Assembly (NCBI GenBank): GCA_902802755.1
Contig: CADCNH010000005.1
Location: forward strand, 30,634-94,633
DNA from: an uncultured Bacteroidota bacterium
GTDB lineage: Bacteria > Bacteroidota > Bacteroidia > Bacteroidales > WCHB1-69
Direction: 5' to 3'
DNA: 64,000 nt
Position numbers and translations under genes: made by a program. Below, piece by piece: positions 45,156 to 56,392 of this stretch. How positions within the stretch are numbered: position 1 is the first letter of the stretch; each line of letters starts with the position of its first letter. The notes beneath the pieces are model-generated. The model was not told where the DNA came from and searched no databases. It saw only the letters and a list, made by a program, of their open reading frames with translations.

Positions 45156-46975
45156 CCGATGAAACTACAGTTATTGATGGAAAATGAGCCCGTATTTTCT
45201 TTTTCTATACTGATTTCCTGTACATCCATGTAAAACTTTACGTGTGCATCTTCGTGGATAATGATGCTTGGTGATAGCTCAACATAGTCTGTATATTTAT
45301 CTTGGGATTCTAAATGGAGTGAATCTATGGGGTTGATGTCAAAAGATTTATTATTGATTTGAATGTGCAGAATATCCCTCTCCTTGGAATCTTCGTTAAT
45401 GTTGATTTTAACATTGCCTGACTGAAAAATGTTTGGGAGTTCAGGATTACGTCGATTATCGAAATAGAATGCGTAATCGTATAGGGAAATGTCATAAAGA
45501 TTTTTTCTTAAATTATGAAAGTAAAAATGTTGGCTTTCAACATCCGATGTGTGAGTCCGATAGTAAAAGGAAATATAATCACCATTCATTTTGTACATCA
45601 TCATATTTCTGAAGCCGGATAAACCGTCATGGTTGATCATGGAGTCGGTTTCCGCAGGGCTGATTCCATAGTATCGTTCAGCAAAATCTTGTTGATATTT
45701 TTTGGTATCCATGAAAAAGTCTATCGTTTCACTGAGTGCGATATTCTGTTCACGGCTCAAAGGTACTGCGGAAGCTTTGATTTTCCCGTTTTCCAGCAGA
45801 TGATATTCATTGGCGATTTGCTCAAAACGCTTGAACTGTAATTCTTTAGGTATGGAGAACATGCTCCAGGGACCGACTAATGCCAACATGGAAATTATTA
45901 CTAAAGAGCCTAACAACGGAGTAACATTCCTCGATTTTCTGAAAATCATAATCAGGGAAATAACTGAAAACCAGAGGGCAATAGCCAGCACAATGTAGCG
46001 GTTGGTGGTGAAGCCGTAATCGTGGATGCGGCGGAACAAGCCCACGAACAAAAGCACTAACAATGGAATCAGTGAGAAGAAGAAACCCCGGTCAAGAAAT
46101 TTCAGCTTGGAAGGCTGTTCAGAGCGGAAAACTGGCATCAGCAGGTACCAGACAATGGAGGCAGCGATAGCGTAAGAGAAAACCCAATAAGCCACTCCTC
46201 CTTCCGGCAGCTGCCAGGAAACCAAAATCGTTATGGCATATATATAAAGAACGATGGCTTCAATACATACCAAAGGGAGCAGGATATACAACACCAACAC
46301 TTTTAAGAATTTGCCATATTCCAATGGCTTGTCATAATGGTCTTTGTTGATAGGCATTAAGGCCATGGCACAACATGGACAGAAAAAGGCAAGGACAACA
46401 GCGACGGACACAGCGATAATGTTGAGCATTTCAATGTTGAACAAATACTGAATAGACAGAAGTATCGCTATAATCCCAAAAACAATGATATGTTCCAAAA
46501 GATAGGTCATGGCGATGGCAAAAATGAGTCTGATATGGTAATTCCAGGTCATTTCAATGTTTTGTTGCCCCCATGTAGGCCATATCAACATCAGCAAGAG
46601 GGTGACGAACAGCGTTGTGGAGAAATAGTATTCGATAAAGCCGTTGTTATACTGGGAGTATATGAGCCATGCACTGGCCGCTGCCGCAAGTACTACGGCA
46701 ATATTGCACCAGATCCGTTGCATGAGACTGGCATTCCGGAAATGACAAAACAGGTCGGCGGCAAAAGCCAGCAAAATGGCGATGCCACAAGCCCAGCATG
46801 TGGAGAAAAACAATTCCTCATGATTGAGAAGTTGTGTGTTAACTATAACGTGGACAAATAGATAGGAGAGTAGTATGGTTAAAATGAAGGCAAAGAAACA
46901 GGCCAGCGGGAAGCGCAAAAACACCTGTTTCATATTTTGGATCAAGTCCTTGATTTTTGTTTTGATGTTGCTCAT
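45134..46975 (-). CDS. polytopic membrane protein (DUF4153-like)
   Basis: More than 10 predicted TM helices. I prefer the start MSNIKTKIKDL at 46975. The listed extension to 47323 overlaps the neighbouring OMP gene. Confidence 0.6.
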   Translation of the reverse strand: MSNIKTKIKDLIQNMKQVFLRFPLACFFAFILTILLSYLFVHVIVNTQLLNHEELFFSTCWACGIAILLAFAADLFCHFRNASLMQRIWCNIAVVLAAAASAWLIYSQYNNGFIEYYFSTTLFVTLLLMLIWPTWGQQNIEMTWNYHIRLIFAIAMTYLLEHIIVFGIIAILLSIQYLFNIEMLNIIAVSVAVVLAFFCPCCAMALMPINKDHYDKPLEYGKFLKVLVLYILLPLVCIEAIVLYIYAITILVSWQLPEGGVAYWVFSYAIAASIVWYLLMPVFRSEQPSKLKFLDRGFFFSLIPLLVLLFVGLFRRIHDYGFTTNRYIVLAIALWFSVISLIMIFRKSRNVTPLLGSLVIISMLALVGPWSMFSIPKELQFKRFEQIANEYHLLENGKIKASAVPLSREQNIALSETIDFFMDTKKYQQDFAERYYGISPAETDSMINHDGLSGFRNMMMYKMNGDYISFYYRTHTSDVESQHFYFHNLRKNLYDISLYDYAFYFDNRRNPELPNIFQSGNVKININEDSKERDILHIQINNKSFDINPIDSLHLESQDKYTDYVELSPSIIIHEDAHVKFYMDVQEISIEKENTGSFSINNCSFIGYVKLKN

Positions 46976-47082
46976 ATTATTTAGATTTATTGTTTCATGA
47001 TTGCGAGAATAATAAGCTTCCACATTGTTCTCTCCTTGTTTTTTTGTGTGAAACACCCTTTGTGTGTAACACAAAAATTCTC

Positions 47083-50000
47083 TTAAAAATCCAATCCTAT
47101 GGAGAAATTGAACATTCCCTTGCGGTTGTATATCTTGTAATCCTCTACGCCCCAGGCGTAGTCGAAACGCAGGAAATAGCCAAAGACACTGACACGAAGA
47201 CCTAAACCAAAACCTCCTATAAAAGGATCCACTTGACGTGTGATTTTGGCAATGATGGGACCGTTGATGACATATCTGGTGTAGAGACAGTTGTCTTCCG
47301 AATAAGGCGTTATGCCAGTCCATGCGGTACCAATATCCCCAAATAAAAGCAACTGCATGGAGTTGAAAAAGTTGAGCCTTACCTTATGCCCTGCGATGAG
47401 CTGTACGAAGGGAATGCGCAATTCGGTGTTCAGTACCACAAAAGAAGTACCGTTGCGGATGTTCTGCTCAAACCCGTGCATGTTGGTGGCCAATGTCTGG
47501 TATGCATAATCCTTGCTTAAATCTACCCAGATGTCACTGTTGAATTTGGCACCGATCCAATTATCCACACCGCCCATGTAATATACCAGTCGTGCTTGCC
47601 CGAAATTGGTGCTGGCCGCCAAACGGGTGGCCCAAGTCATGTTTTTATATATTTTTACCGATTTACGGATGTCAAAACCAAGCACGAACAAATTTTTTGT
47701 CTCTTTCTCCACTCGTTGCTGATATTCCGCAAAAATCTTTATTTTGCTGCCTTTCCACAGATTGGTGGACAGCTCTTTGGAGGAATCGAAAACATATTCC
47801 ACCTTGGCCCCTGCCCATACATGCCGTTCGTCTTGTGTTTGAAGCGAGGCGTCGCTGGTACCACCTAAAATGAGGGTTTCATAACGACCTGTTAGCGTGA
47901 AACGCAGACTGTTGAATTTGTCGAAAGGCAGTTTTATGATGTAAAACAAACTGTTAGTCCGTTGCTTATACACATAATAACCATACGTGGAGTTAATGGA
48001 CTGGCGATAAAAGGCAATCTGATGGTCCACTCGGCGCTCGAGGTTCTCATAGCTAAGCATAAACTCATTACTTTGCATGTCCAATCCAAGTCGGAACCCT
48101 CCTGTAATACGATGGTTTTCAAACAAATCATGGATGCCTACCATAAATAAGGCGTTAAGTCCTGTGTTGAGGTAAATGGGATTAGTACTGCTCGTGAATT
48201 GCTGGTAAGTAGTGTTCAAGAAACCATAGTCTGCTTGTGTAACTAATTTATTCACAGTGTATTGTGTGAAATAACTCTTGCCAACAGGTTGTACATATTC
48301 AAAGCCTTTGGTCAGCACGTCAGCTTGAATACCTCGCTGGAGTGACGCTGCTTGGCTGTCAGACAAACTGTCTATTTCAGCCTTGCCCTTCTTTACCAAA
48401 TCACTCTTCCTGAATTGATAAAAACCATGTTTGATTTCAGGGTTTTGTTTTTGTTCCGCTTTTTTATGGTTTATGCTGTCTTTGATTTGTTGCTCTTTTT
48501 GTATTTGTGCTTGAATGGCAGAGGCACTTGGGGCATCTTTTCTCGCCGAACTTTCAAAAGGAGTTAGGTAAATTCTTTTGACCTTGTCGTAGAGAAGTAC
48601 ATCTCCGCATTGTCCTGAAGCAGGATTGTATGCTTGTTCAATAATGCTGTAGTATTTGTCTGTCAGATGCGATAAACGGGCATAGTAGCCATAGTGGATG
48701 ATGGTGTCTATCTTGCTGATACTGCTGTCCAAACGGGCTAAATTACGGTTGTAAATGCCATTTTCGTCACTTAAAAAAAGTATTTCATTCGAACTTAAAG
48801 CTTGGGCTTGTATCTCATTACTATGCTCTGTATTAGTTATTTGTAACAGTTTTTGGTCTTTTTTATTGTAATGATATAAAAACAGGTCATAGCCATCTTT
48901 GGGTTTGGCTTGGTAAAAAGGATCTTTGATTTTGATGGAGTCAACGGGACGGTTGGAGGAAAAGACAATTTGTTTCTTATTCAAAAAGATAGGTGCATAA
49001 TCATCATAAAAATCATTGGTGATATTCTGGTATGATTTGGCTAAAAAACTGAATATGAAGATGTCGGATTGCCCATTCTTGAAACCGGAAAACAACAAAT
49101 ATTTCCCATCTGGGTCGAACGAGAAATCGGTGATCTTTTCCACATCGACCAGAATGCGCTTCCCCCTTTTTTTCTTCTCAATATCATAGGGATAATAATA
49201 ACATCTTCCTTTGTCTTCCATGGTAAAAGATAGAATATCGCCACTTGGATGCCAGCATAGGGAAGGATAGCTTAAGTCGGGGTTGTCTTCCGTTTTTTTG
49301 TATTTTCTGTAAATGACTTTCGGTTTTTTATATTGTGGTGTTTTGAGCCATATTTTCACCTGTCCGGCCTCATTGGTGGCGTAGGCCAGGCTTTCACCAT
49401 CGGGAGAGAAACATAATTGGTTGTAGTCTCTCAGGGCTTTGGGCCGCTTTAAATAGCCTTTGCCATCAGGCATTTCCCGTTTATTGTCTTTCGCATAAAG
49501 AATGTAATAGTAGCGGTACCAATTGGCCAATAATTGTCTGTATTCTATTCCTGTAACAAGGTAGAAGCCTCTTTCATAGCTTCTGGAAGCACTGGTTACG
49601 TGCAAGATATTGGCGATAGCTTTCTCTCCATATTGGTCCACAATGAATTTCCAGAAAGAATGGCCGGCGTAGGTTGCCTCAACAGGCGATAGCTCATCGA
49701 AATCGGCATAGCGTTGGGAGAGAATCCCATCTTTTACATGGGCATCAATGTCACTGTCCCAGTTGCGTCCGATATAGGAAGAAAGGCCGCTATAATACCA
49801 GTTGGGCATATTACCGACATAGCTCGATTTCATGTTGGAAGCAGTGGTTGTCCCCTCCACCAGTAAGCGGGCATATATGTTCATGATGCCGGCACGTATC
49901 ATCTTGTCAAAATGTTCATGGCTTCCGTCAAAATACAGATAGACTTTGGTGCCATAGATGTTGGTTACACCGCCCTGGTTGTAAAAATCTTCGTCATCGT

Positions 50001-50322
50001 ACGCAAAATTAGACTCTCTGAAATCAGCTTGTGTGTTGTAAACGATGAATTGGATTTTCTTGGTGGAAGTGAAATTGAGCATTTTTTCAATTTCCTCGAT
50101 GATCTTGGGTGCTTTGTACAGCGTGTATTCGGCCAGATTTTTTCCAGTAGGGTAGTAGTAAACGTCAAGTTGTGTGGTGCGGAAATACTGCCAGTTGAAA
50201 TGCTGATGTTGCACTCTGTTTTTGCCAAAGCTTAATTGAGAGCCGTTGTAAAACTGGGCATACAAAGGCATGACTGCCAATAGCAGTATGGTCATGGTGA
50301 GGATTTGCCCGAGTTTTTTCAT
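47083..50322 (-). CDS. large outer-membrane protein: TolB-like beta-propeller repeats + C-terminal beta-barrel
   Basis: Signal peptide. PD40-type repeats (FSPDGESLAY, FDPDGKYLLFSG). Barrel ending ...FNFSIGLDF. Confidence 0.6.
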   Translation of the reverse strand: MKKLGQILTMTILLLAVMPLYAQFYNGSQLSFGKNRVQHQHFNWQYFRTTQLDVYYYPTGKNLAEYTLYKAPKIIEEIEKMLNFTSTKKIQFIVYNTQADFRESNFAYDDEDFYNQGGVTNIYGTKVYLYFDGSHEHFDKMIRAGIMNIYARLLVEGTTTASNMKSSYVGNMPNWYYSGLSSYIGRNWDSDIDAHVKDGILSQRYADFDELSPVEATYAGHSFWKFIVDQYGEKAIANILHVTSASRSYERGFYLVTGIEYRQLLANWYRYYYILYAKDNKREMPDGKGYLKRPKALRDYNQLCFSPDGESLAYATNEAGQVKIWLKTPQYKKPKVIYRKYKKTEDNPDLSYPSLCWHPSGDILSFTMEDKGRCYYYPYDIEKKKRGKRILVDVEKITDFSFDPDGKYLLFSGFKNGQSDIFIFSFLAKSYQNITNDFYDDYAPIFLNKKQIVFSSNRPVDSIKIKDPFYQAKPKDGYDLFLYHYNKKDQKLLQITNTEHSNEIQAQALSSNEILFLSDENGIYNRNLARLDSSISKIDTIIHYGYYARLSHLTDKYYSIIEQAYNPASGQCGDVLLYDKVKRIYLTPFESSARKDAPSASAIQAQIQKEQQIKDSINHKKAEQKQNPEIKHGFYQFRKSDLVKKGKAEIDSLSDSQAASLQRGIQADVLTKGFEYVQPVGKSYFTQYTVNKLVTQADYGFLNTTYQQFTSSTNPIYLNTGLNALFMVGIHDLFENHRITGGFRLGLDMQSNEFMLSYENLERRVDHQIAFYRQSINSTYGYYVYKQRTNSLFYIIKLPFDKFNSLRFTLTGRYETLILGGTSDASLQTQDERHVWAGAKVEYVFDSSKELSTNLWKGSKIKIFAEYQQRVEKETKNLFVLGFDIRKSVKIYKNMTWATRLAASTNFGQARLVYYMGGVDNWIGAKFNSDIWVDLSKDYAYQTLATNMHGFEQNIRNGTSFVVLNTELRIPFVQLIAGHKVRLNFFNSMQLLLFGDIGTAWTGITPYSEDNCLYTRYVINGPIIAKITRQVDPFIGGFGLGLRVSVFGYFLRFDYAWGVEDYKIYNRKGMFNFSIGLDF

Positions 50323-50388
50323 CGCGTCAGTTTAAGCGTGCAAAGCTACAAAAAATTTTGTATTTTTGCCATTTCTATTATCATTATC

Positions 50389-52104
50389 ATGGATATTCTA
50401 ACTGTAAACGATTTTTCGCTGGAATTGAGGCGCGATGAGGAGTGGAAGCAAATTCTGCACCATGTGTCTTTTTCCTTGAAAAAAGGAGAAACTGTTGGGA
50501 TTGTCGGTGAGTCGGGATCGGGAAAATCTGTGACAGCCTTGTCGGTGATGCAATTGCTGAATAGAAATATAGCAAAATATACTTCGGGAAATATCGTTTT
50601 TTGTGATAAAGATAAAGAAATCAATATTTTAGAGGCGTCTGAACAACAGATGAGATCTATACGGGGAGCAAAAATCGCCATGATTTTTCAGGAGCCGATG
50701 ACCTCCTTGAATCCAGTTATCAAGTGTGGTGAGCAAGTGACGGAAGCGATACTTTTGCATACTAAAGTCAGCAAAAAGGAAGCGCATGACAAGGTGATAG
50801 AACTGTTCAAGGAAGTAATGTTGCCCCGTCCGGAAAAGATTTTCGATTCTTATCCCCATGAATTGTCGGGCGGTCAGAAACAGCGTGTGATGATAGCCAT
50901 GGCTATGAGTTGTAATCCGGATATTCTGATTGCCGATGAGCCTACAACGGCCTTGGATGTTACAGTGCAGAAGAATATACTGGAACTGATACGCGGTTTG
51001 CAGCAAAAGTACGGCATGAGCGTGATTTTTATCACTCACGATCTGGGCGTGGTGGCCGAAATCGCCGAAAAAGTTGTGGTATTGTACAAGGGAAAAATAG
51101 TGGAGGCTGGTCCGATACAAGAAATTTTCAGAAATCCGAAGCATCCTTATACACAAGGTCTATTGGCTTGCCGTCCCCCGTTGGATGTGCGGCTGAAGAA
51201 GTTGTCCACTGTGGATGATTACATGCGTTGCGAGGAAGCACACAAGGCGGTACCGAAAGAGTATATTTCTCCAGCGGAAAGACAGGCGTTTCATCAACGC
51301 TTGTATGCGGAGCAACCTTTGATTAGCATTGAGCATTTGTTTAAAACCTATCCTATCAGAAAACGGAAGCTTTTTGAAAAGCAGGAGTATGTTCATGCAG
51401 TGCAAGATATTAGTCTAGAAGTGTTTGAGGGTGAAACTTTGGGTTTGGTAGGGGAGTCTGGTTGCGGCAAAACCACCCTTGGACGTTCCATGATTCGTTT
51501 GATTGAACCTACTTCGGGCTGTGTGACTTATAGGGGCGAGAATTTGTTGAACCTGTCGGGGCGTGAGATGATGAAACGGAGAAAGGATTTGCAAATCATT
51601 TTGCAAGATCCGTATTCTTCATTGAATCAAAGAATTACTATTGGTTCAGCCATCATGGAGCCCATGCAGGTACATCGTTTGTACGCCAATGATAAGGAGC
51701 GTAAAAAGAAAGCTATAGAGTTGTTGGAAAGAGTGAGTCTGAATGAGTCGCATTTTTACCGCTATCCGCATGAATTTTCGGGCGGTCAACGCCAACGTAT
51801 CAGCATTGCGCGTGCTTTGGCGGTAAATCCGCGTTTTATCATCTGCGACGAGTCGGTGTCCGCTTTGGACGTATCGGTGCAGGCGCAGGTGCTCAACTTG
51901 CTCAATGAACTGAAGCAGGAGTACCATTTGACATACATCTTCATTTCCCATGACTTGTCGGTGGTGAAATTTATGTCAGACCGTATGGCCGTCATGCAGA
52001 ATGGCAGAATCGTTGAATTGAATGATGCGGATGAAATTTATTTTCATCCACAGACAGATTATACAAAAAAATTGATCGGAGCGATCCCCAAAGGAATCAA
52101 TTAA
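50389..52104 (+). CDS. ABC transporter ATP-binding protein with duplicated ATPase domains (Dpp/Opp D-F fusion type)
   Basis: Walker A GESGSGKS and GESGCGKT. Signatures LSGGQKQR and FSGGQRQR. I prefer the start at 50389 (MDILTV), which has a TAttTTTG box upstream. Confidence 0.85.
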   Translation: MDILTVNDFSLELRRDEEWKQILHHVSFSLKKGETVGIVGESGSGKSVTALSVMQLLNRNIAKYTSGNIVFCDKDKEINILEASEQQMRSIRGAKIAMIFQEPMTSLNPVIKCGEQVTEAILLHTKVSKKEAHDKVIELFKEVMLPRPEKIFDSYPHELSGGQKQRVMIAMAMSCNPDILIADEPTTALDVTVQKNILELIRGLQQKYGMSVIFITHDLGVVAEIAEKVVVLYKGKIVEAGPIQEIFRNPKHPYTQGLLACRPPLDVRLKKLSTVDDYMRCEEAHKAVPKEYISPAERQAFHQRLYAEQPLISIEHLFKTYPIRKRKLFEKQEYVHAVQDISLEVFEGETLGLVGESGCGKTTLGRSMIRLIEPTSGCVTYRGENLLNLSGREMMKRRKDLQIILQDPYSSLNQRITIGSAIMEPMQVHRLYANDKERKKKAIELLERVSLNESHFYRYPHEFSGGQRQRISIARALAVNPRFIICDESVSALDVSVQAQVLNLLNELKQEYHLTYIFISHDLSVVKFMSDRMAVMQNGRIVELNDADEIYFHPQTDYTKKLIGAIPKGIN

Positions 52105-52105
52105 T

Positions 52106-52272
52106 AATTCCCCTTCTTGGAGGGTTGACGAATAAATGAGAAAACGAATTCCCCTTCTTGAGGATCGACGAATGAGCGAGAGCAGAAGCAAAGCTTGCTT
52201 TGATTATGCCGAGCGAGGAGGAGAAGGGAGGCGAAGCCTCCAACGGGTCCGAAGGGCGGGGTAGTGATATAA
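52106..52272. repeat. intergenic repeat block: tandem AATTCCCCTTCTTG..CGACGAAT (period 41 nt) + GGAGGC-gaa-GCCTCC hairpin + GGGGTAGTGAT end
   Basis: Read directly. It shares GAATT(T/C)CCCTTCT and GGGTAGTGAT words, in the same order, with 24947-24993. Confidence 0.5.
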
Positions 52273-52296
52273 ACGTAAAAAAATTACATGTAAATT

Positions 52297-53211
52297 ATGA
52301 AAGCGAAAGACATTGTTTTATTGATATTACGTCTGTTGATAGGAGGTCTGTTTATCACCACCGCCATCATGAAATTGGTGACTATCGACGAGTTTGAAGC
52401 CTATATTTATAGTTTCAATCTTTTTAGCTTTTTGCTATCAACGGTGGTGGCCCGTTTGGTGATTATGGCAGAGATGTTGCTGGGTATCTGTTTGATGTCC
52501 AAAATGTTGTATAAATATGCCTGGTGGCTGACCATGCTGATGTTGATTGGTTTTACCTTCTTTCTGATTTATGTTGCTCTTTTCAGAAATGACACCAATT
52601 GTCATTGTTTTGGTGATATTGTGCAATTGAATCCTGCTCATTCCATTATTAAGAATGTAATTACCATGATATTGATGCTCTTTATCAGAAAGGAAGAAGA
52701 TTATCAGTTTAAATGGAAAAAATGGGCTTTGGTTGCTGCTTTTGCGGTTTCGTTTATTGTTCCTTTCTGTGTATTTCCGATGGATGTGGTTTACAATAAA
52801 TTTGTTTCACCGATAGATGAGGTGAATAACACTGCTTTTGAAGAAATTCAAGCCGATAGTACCATGACTGATTTTGATATCAGCGAGGGAAATTATGTGG
52901 TGGCTGTATATGCTTCTGGTTGCAAGTATTGCAAAATGAGTGCCAAAAGGATGTCGCTCATGATGGAACAAAACGAGATTGACTCCACAAAATTCCAAAT
53001 TTTGATTTGGGGTGATTCAACCCATATCCAGCAGTTTAGAGAGGAAACAAATTGCGAGAGATTTCCGTGGCATGTAATCAACCCGTACGCTGCCATTGAT
53101 GCGGTTTATGGAAAATTCCCGACGTTTATTCTCACACAAGACGGTCAGGTCATCAAGGGTATTGATTACCGTGGATTGGATGAGACTATCCTCAAGGAAC
53201 ACCTGAAATAG
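52297..53211 (+). CDS. MauE/DoxX-type membrane domain fused to thioredoxin-like domain
   Basis: The N-terminus LRLLIGGLFITTAIMKL plus 4 TM helices. The C-terminal domain has a CKYC (CxxC) motif. Confidence 0.6.
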   Translation: MKAKDIVLLILRLLIGGLFITTAIMKLVTIDEFEAYIYSFNLFSFLLSTVVARLVIMAEMLLGICLMSKMLYKYAWWLTMLMLIGFTFFLIYVALFRNDTNCHCFGDIVQLNPAHSIIKNVITMILMLFIRKEEDYQFKWKKWALVAAFAVSFIVPFCVFPMDVVYNKFVSPIDEVNNTAFEEIQADSTMTDFDISEGNYVVAVYASGCKYCKMSAKRMSLMMEQNEIDSTKFQILIWGDSTHIQQFREETNCERFPWHVINPYAAIDAVYGKFPTFILTQDGQVIKGIDYRGLDETILKEHLK

Positions 53212-53220
53212 AAGACTGCT

Positions 53221-53397
53221 TTATCGACACTCCATATTGCTGTTGGAATAATCAGCACAATTTTCATTATATGCGACTTCCAGTTCCTGGATATTTTGGG
53301 AACTTGTATTATTATTACCAACTGAACAAGTGCAATTTTTTGTACAAGCGCAGCAGAAAATGCCCATTACAAAAGCAAATAATAAAATCTTTTTCAT
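53221..53397 (-). CDS. small Cys-rich exported protein or lipoprotein
   Basis: MKKILLFAFVMGIFCCAC signal/lipobox-like start (alternative start at 53412). 8 Cys in 58 aa. Confidence 0.4.
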   Translation of the reverse strand: MKKILLFAFVMGIFCCACTKNCTCSVGNNNTSSQNIQELEVAYNENCADYSNSNMECR

Positions 53398-53443
53398 ATT
53401 TCTAACTTTCAAATATTAATTATCAATTGTAAATTATTAATTG

Positions 53444-56284
53444 TCATCTGTCTCTGATAATCTGCAAAGAGCCATGATAATTCACGGTCTTGAATTTTCC
53501 TTTGTAGTAGAATGTGAAGAAATAAGCGCCGTCGGTCACTTTTGAGCCGTCAAAAACCTGGTCACCAATGATGATGCCAGTGCCACGTTCACCCGTCATA
53601 TCCATGAAAGTGTCATAGTTCTCCGCATGATACACTTGCTTGCCCCAACGGTCGTAAATAGTTAGTTCGTTGTTTCTGTATCTATCTGGATCTAAATTAT
53701 TTATAGATGTGTTGAGGTTGCCAATGGCGAACACATCATTCACCCCGTCACCATTAGGGGTGATGACATTCGGGAATATGAGATCTGCTTCCAAAGAGAC
53801 CGTGTGTGTGATACTGCTGTAACAACCATCTGAAGTGAACAAGGATAGGGTAACATCGTAATCGCCCCAGCTGGCATAGCTGTGTTCGAGGGCATAGCTG
53901 GAAGAATCGGTATTGCCGTCGCCAAAGTCCCAGCTAATATTCATGCCATTTTCAAATGAAGTGGTATCACCTTGTACTTTGAAATAAATTGTACCATCAG
54001 TTTCAGACCATAGGGAAATATCCGGAATGGCGTCAAATTCGGCATCAGGCTGGTAACTGACAGTAATGTAATTGTACTTGATGATGGAATCTTGGCAACC
54101 ATGGACGTTGCTTACAGTAAGCATAACACTGTAAATGCCACCATAATCAAGGGTGACAGACGGATTTTTCTGGTCGGAGGTGAAGACCGTTTGTCCTTGG
54201 TCATCATAACAGAACCAGTAATATTGCATGTCGTTTTCATCACCGATACTCAGATTGGTGAAGTTTACTGTCAACGGGGCACAACCATTGGTGTCGCTGA
54301 CCGTAAAGTTGGCAATGGGTTTAGGTGACACCATGATTTGCACGGTGTCGGAGCCACTGCATACCAAGCCATTTTCCGAGGTGTTGAATACCATTAGGGA
54401 ATATACTCCGGAGGAGGTTAAATAGATGTCGGAAGTGTGTTCACCGGTGTTCCAAAGAAAAGTGGAGTTGTTATCAGCCCAGTTTGAGTGAAGCAGATAG
54501 AGTTCACCATTACAGATATAGCGGTCTTCACCCAAATCGGGTTGTGGACTTTGGGTAATGTCAATTTGCATAAGCGTGTCGTATAGACAGCCAAACTCGT
54601 CGATGACATTGACGGTATAGGGAATGTGTCCGCTTTGATTGGGAACAATATTTATGCCTGATGCACCGGGACCCGTGATAAAGATTGTGTCAACATCAAC
54701 AGCGTAAGACCAGTTTTGGGGCAGTAAAGACGGGTCCAAAGCCATTTCCCATTCGTGCAGATAACCATTGTCGTTGGTCCATACATCTTCAATTTCGATG
54801 TACCAGCTGCCATTCAATGGACAGCCTACCATACCGGCAAAACTCTGAAGGGGATGGTACACTTGGGTCATATTGGCCACATCCGTGGAGTCTATCTTAT
54901 AAGAGGTGCTACCATCATCCCAATAGGGGTTGGCAGATGAGTGCACATTGCCAGGTTCGTAACAATAACTATTGGTGGTATTGGCATACTGATATCCCAG
55001 CGTTGTGTTGTTAGACCATACATAATTCCAGGCGATACCCATTGGATTTTGTGAGGCATTGCAACTTACCACTTCTTGCAATCGGTTTGCCACGCCCAGG
55101 TTGGTTCTGAAATAGTGTGTGACTCCACCCCAACCGTCGTATTGGTAGTCAGGGACAATCTTACACCGGCTACCGTTAGGGCAGACTAAGGAAATACGTA
55201 TGTCCTCTATGGCCGAGTGCTCTATTTTTAGACGCACATATAAAATGTCGTTGGCACTTGTAATGGTTGCATTGGGCGCAAAAGCCGTAAAATTGACGTA
55301 TGAACGGTAGTAATAACCGTATGGGGGACAACTGATGCCGTCAGGTAAAAACACGGTGTCAACGACCGCTAATGAGGTTATTTGCTCGCTTCCTACAGGA
55401 CTTAATTGCAATGCGGTCATATTACTATAGCCGACAGACAAGTTGAATTCGTCACCTGTACACAAAGGAGCTTGTGGCATGATGTTCCGGATTGGATTTT
55501 TAGAAGTACGAACACGGAAAGTAATAGGCACCAATGTTGGGCATTGATTAATATCTTTGGCACTGATGGCCACATCGTAGCCGCGGCCAGGGGTGAAATA
55601 ATAGTCCATGACATTGCTCCCTGGAAGTTCAAATTCTTCCAAATCAAAATCCCAATTGAAAAGGGTTGTGGCGTCATCCTGATGATAGCTGAAGTCGTTG
55701 TCGGGATAGGAGCAGTGGACCACAAGATGAACGGTATCGTAGGGACAAACATCAAGATAATAGTAATCATCATCATCCAGTTGTGGAATATGTGTGGATT
55801 GCAGTGAATCCAAGGTGATAATAACTCTTTGGCAGGGAGCTATACAACTGGTTTTGAGTACAAAACCTTCTCCGACGGACGTGGAGTCTGTCTTAAGTCT
55901 TACGGTGACGGCTCCTGTCGCATTCTGGATGGTGGCGGCAAAACGATAGGTGACGGTGGGATTGTAATTGCCGTTGTTGATTTTAAACAATAAAGTACCA
56001 TTTGTATCGGTACCATCATAGAAATACAAGGTGTCGCTTTCATCAATATCCAAGGTTTGCACCTCTACCATAACACATCCGTTGTTGGGGTCGTTGGATG
56101 TAATAGTTAGTGTTTGGTCGATATTTGATGAATAGTCGTTAGTGTTGCCACCATCGTCATAAATCAGCAGGTTGCAGTTGGAAATGCTACTGCTTGTTCC
56201 TAAATTTATTGTGCTTTGGGCGACAATTATGGGTAAGCAGGAGATGAATAGTACAAACAAAAAGAAAAACTTTCTCATAAGCAT
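53444..56284 (-). CDS. adhesin-like protein: CUB-like N-domain, proprotein-convertase P-domain-like module, PKD repeats, T9SS type-B CTD (paralog 1)
   Basis: Signal peptide. DTLYFYDG is CUB-like. IEDIRISLVCPNGS...GSWYIEIEDVWTNDNGYLHEWEMAL is P-domain-like. FPNVITPNGDGVNDVF is the type-B CTD. Confidence 0.7.
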   Translation of the reverse strand: MLMRKFFFLFVLFISCLPIIVAQSTINLGTSSSISNCNLLIYDDGGNTNDYSSNIDQTLTITSNDPNNGCVMVEVQTLDIDESDTLYFYDGTDTNGTLLFKINNGNYNPTVTYRFAATIQNATGAVTVRLKTDSTSVGEGFVLKTSCIAPCQRVIITLDSLQSTHIPQLDDDDYYYLDVCPYDTVHLVVHCSYPDNDFSYHQDDATTLFNWDFDLEEFELPGSNVMDYYFTPGRGYDVAISAKDINQCPTLVPITFRVRTSKNPIRNIMPQAPLCTGDEFNLSVGYSNMTALQLSPVGSEQITSLAVVDTVFLPDGISCPPYGYYYRSYVNFTAFAPNATITSANDILYVRLKIEHSAIEDIRISLVCPNGSRCKIVPDYQYDGWGGVTHYFRTNLGVANRLQEVVSCNASQNPMGIAWNYVWSNNTTLGYQYANTTNSYCYEPGNVHSSANPYWDDGSTSYKIDSTDVANMTQVYHPLQSFAGMVGCPLNGSWYIEIEDVWTNDNGYLHEWEMALDPSLLPQNWSYAVDVDTIFITGPGASGINIVPNQSGHIPYTVNVIDEFGCLYDTLMQIDITQSPQPDLGEDRYICNGELYLLHSNWADNNSTFLWNTGEHTSDIYLTSSGVYSLMVFNTSENGLVCSGSDTVQIMVSPKPIANFTVSDTNGCAPLTVNFTNLSIGDENDMQYYWFCYDDQGQTVFTSDQKNPSVTLDYGGIYSVMLTVSNVHGCQDSIIKYNYITVSYQPDAEFDAIPDISLWSETDGTIYFKVQGDTTSFENGMNISWDFGDGNTDSSSYALEHSYASWGDYDVTLSLFTSDGCYSSITHTVSLEADLIFPNVITPNGDGVNDVFAIGNLNTSINNLDPDRYRNNELTIYDRWGKQVYHAENYDTFMDMTGERGTGIIIGDQVFDGSKVTDGAYFFTFYYKGKFKTVNYHGSLQIIRDR

Positions 56285-56392
56285 AATTTGTTGTTTTTGA
56301 TATTCATTTATCTCCGTATGGCTTTCTGTTAAAATCGGTCCACAAAGTTACACAAAAAATTGAAACCAATGTATATTAGCAAGATTTTATTG

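Noticed and set aside
46976-47323. N-terminal 116 codons of listed ORF 45134..47323
   Set aside because: This extension overlaps the 3' end of the 1,079-aa OMP gene and has Arg/Cys/His-rich non-protein-like composition. The membrane protein plausibly starts at MSNIKTK (46975).
52200-52397. 65-aa ORF (MIMPSEEEKGGEASNGSEGRGSD...)
   Set aside because: It is a translation of the GC-rich intergenic repeat block and overlaps the start of the MauE/DoxX gene in another frame.
53432-53445. 14-mer AATTATTAATTGTC shared with 1923-1936
   Set aside because: In 64 kb of AT-rich DNA, several exact 14-mer coincidences are expected by chance. It is not reported as a repeat family.
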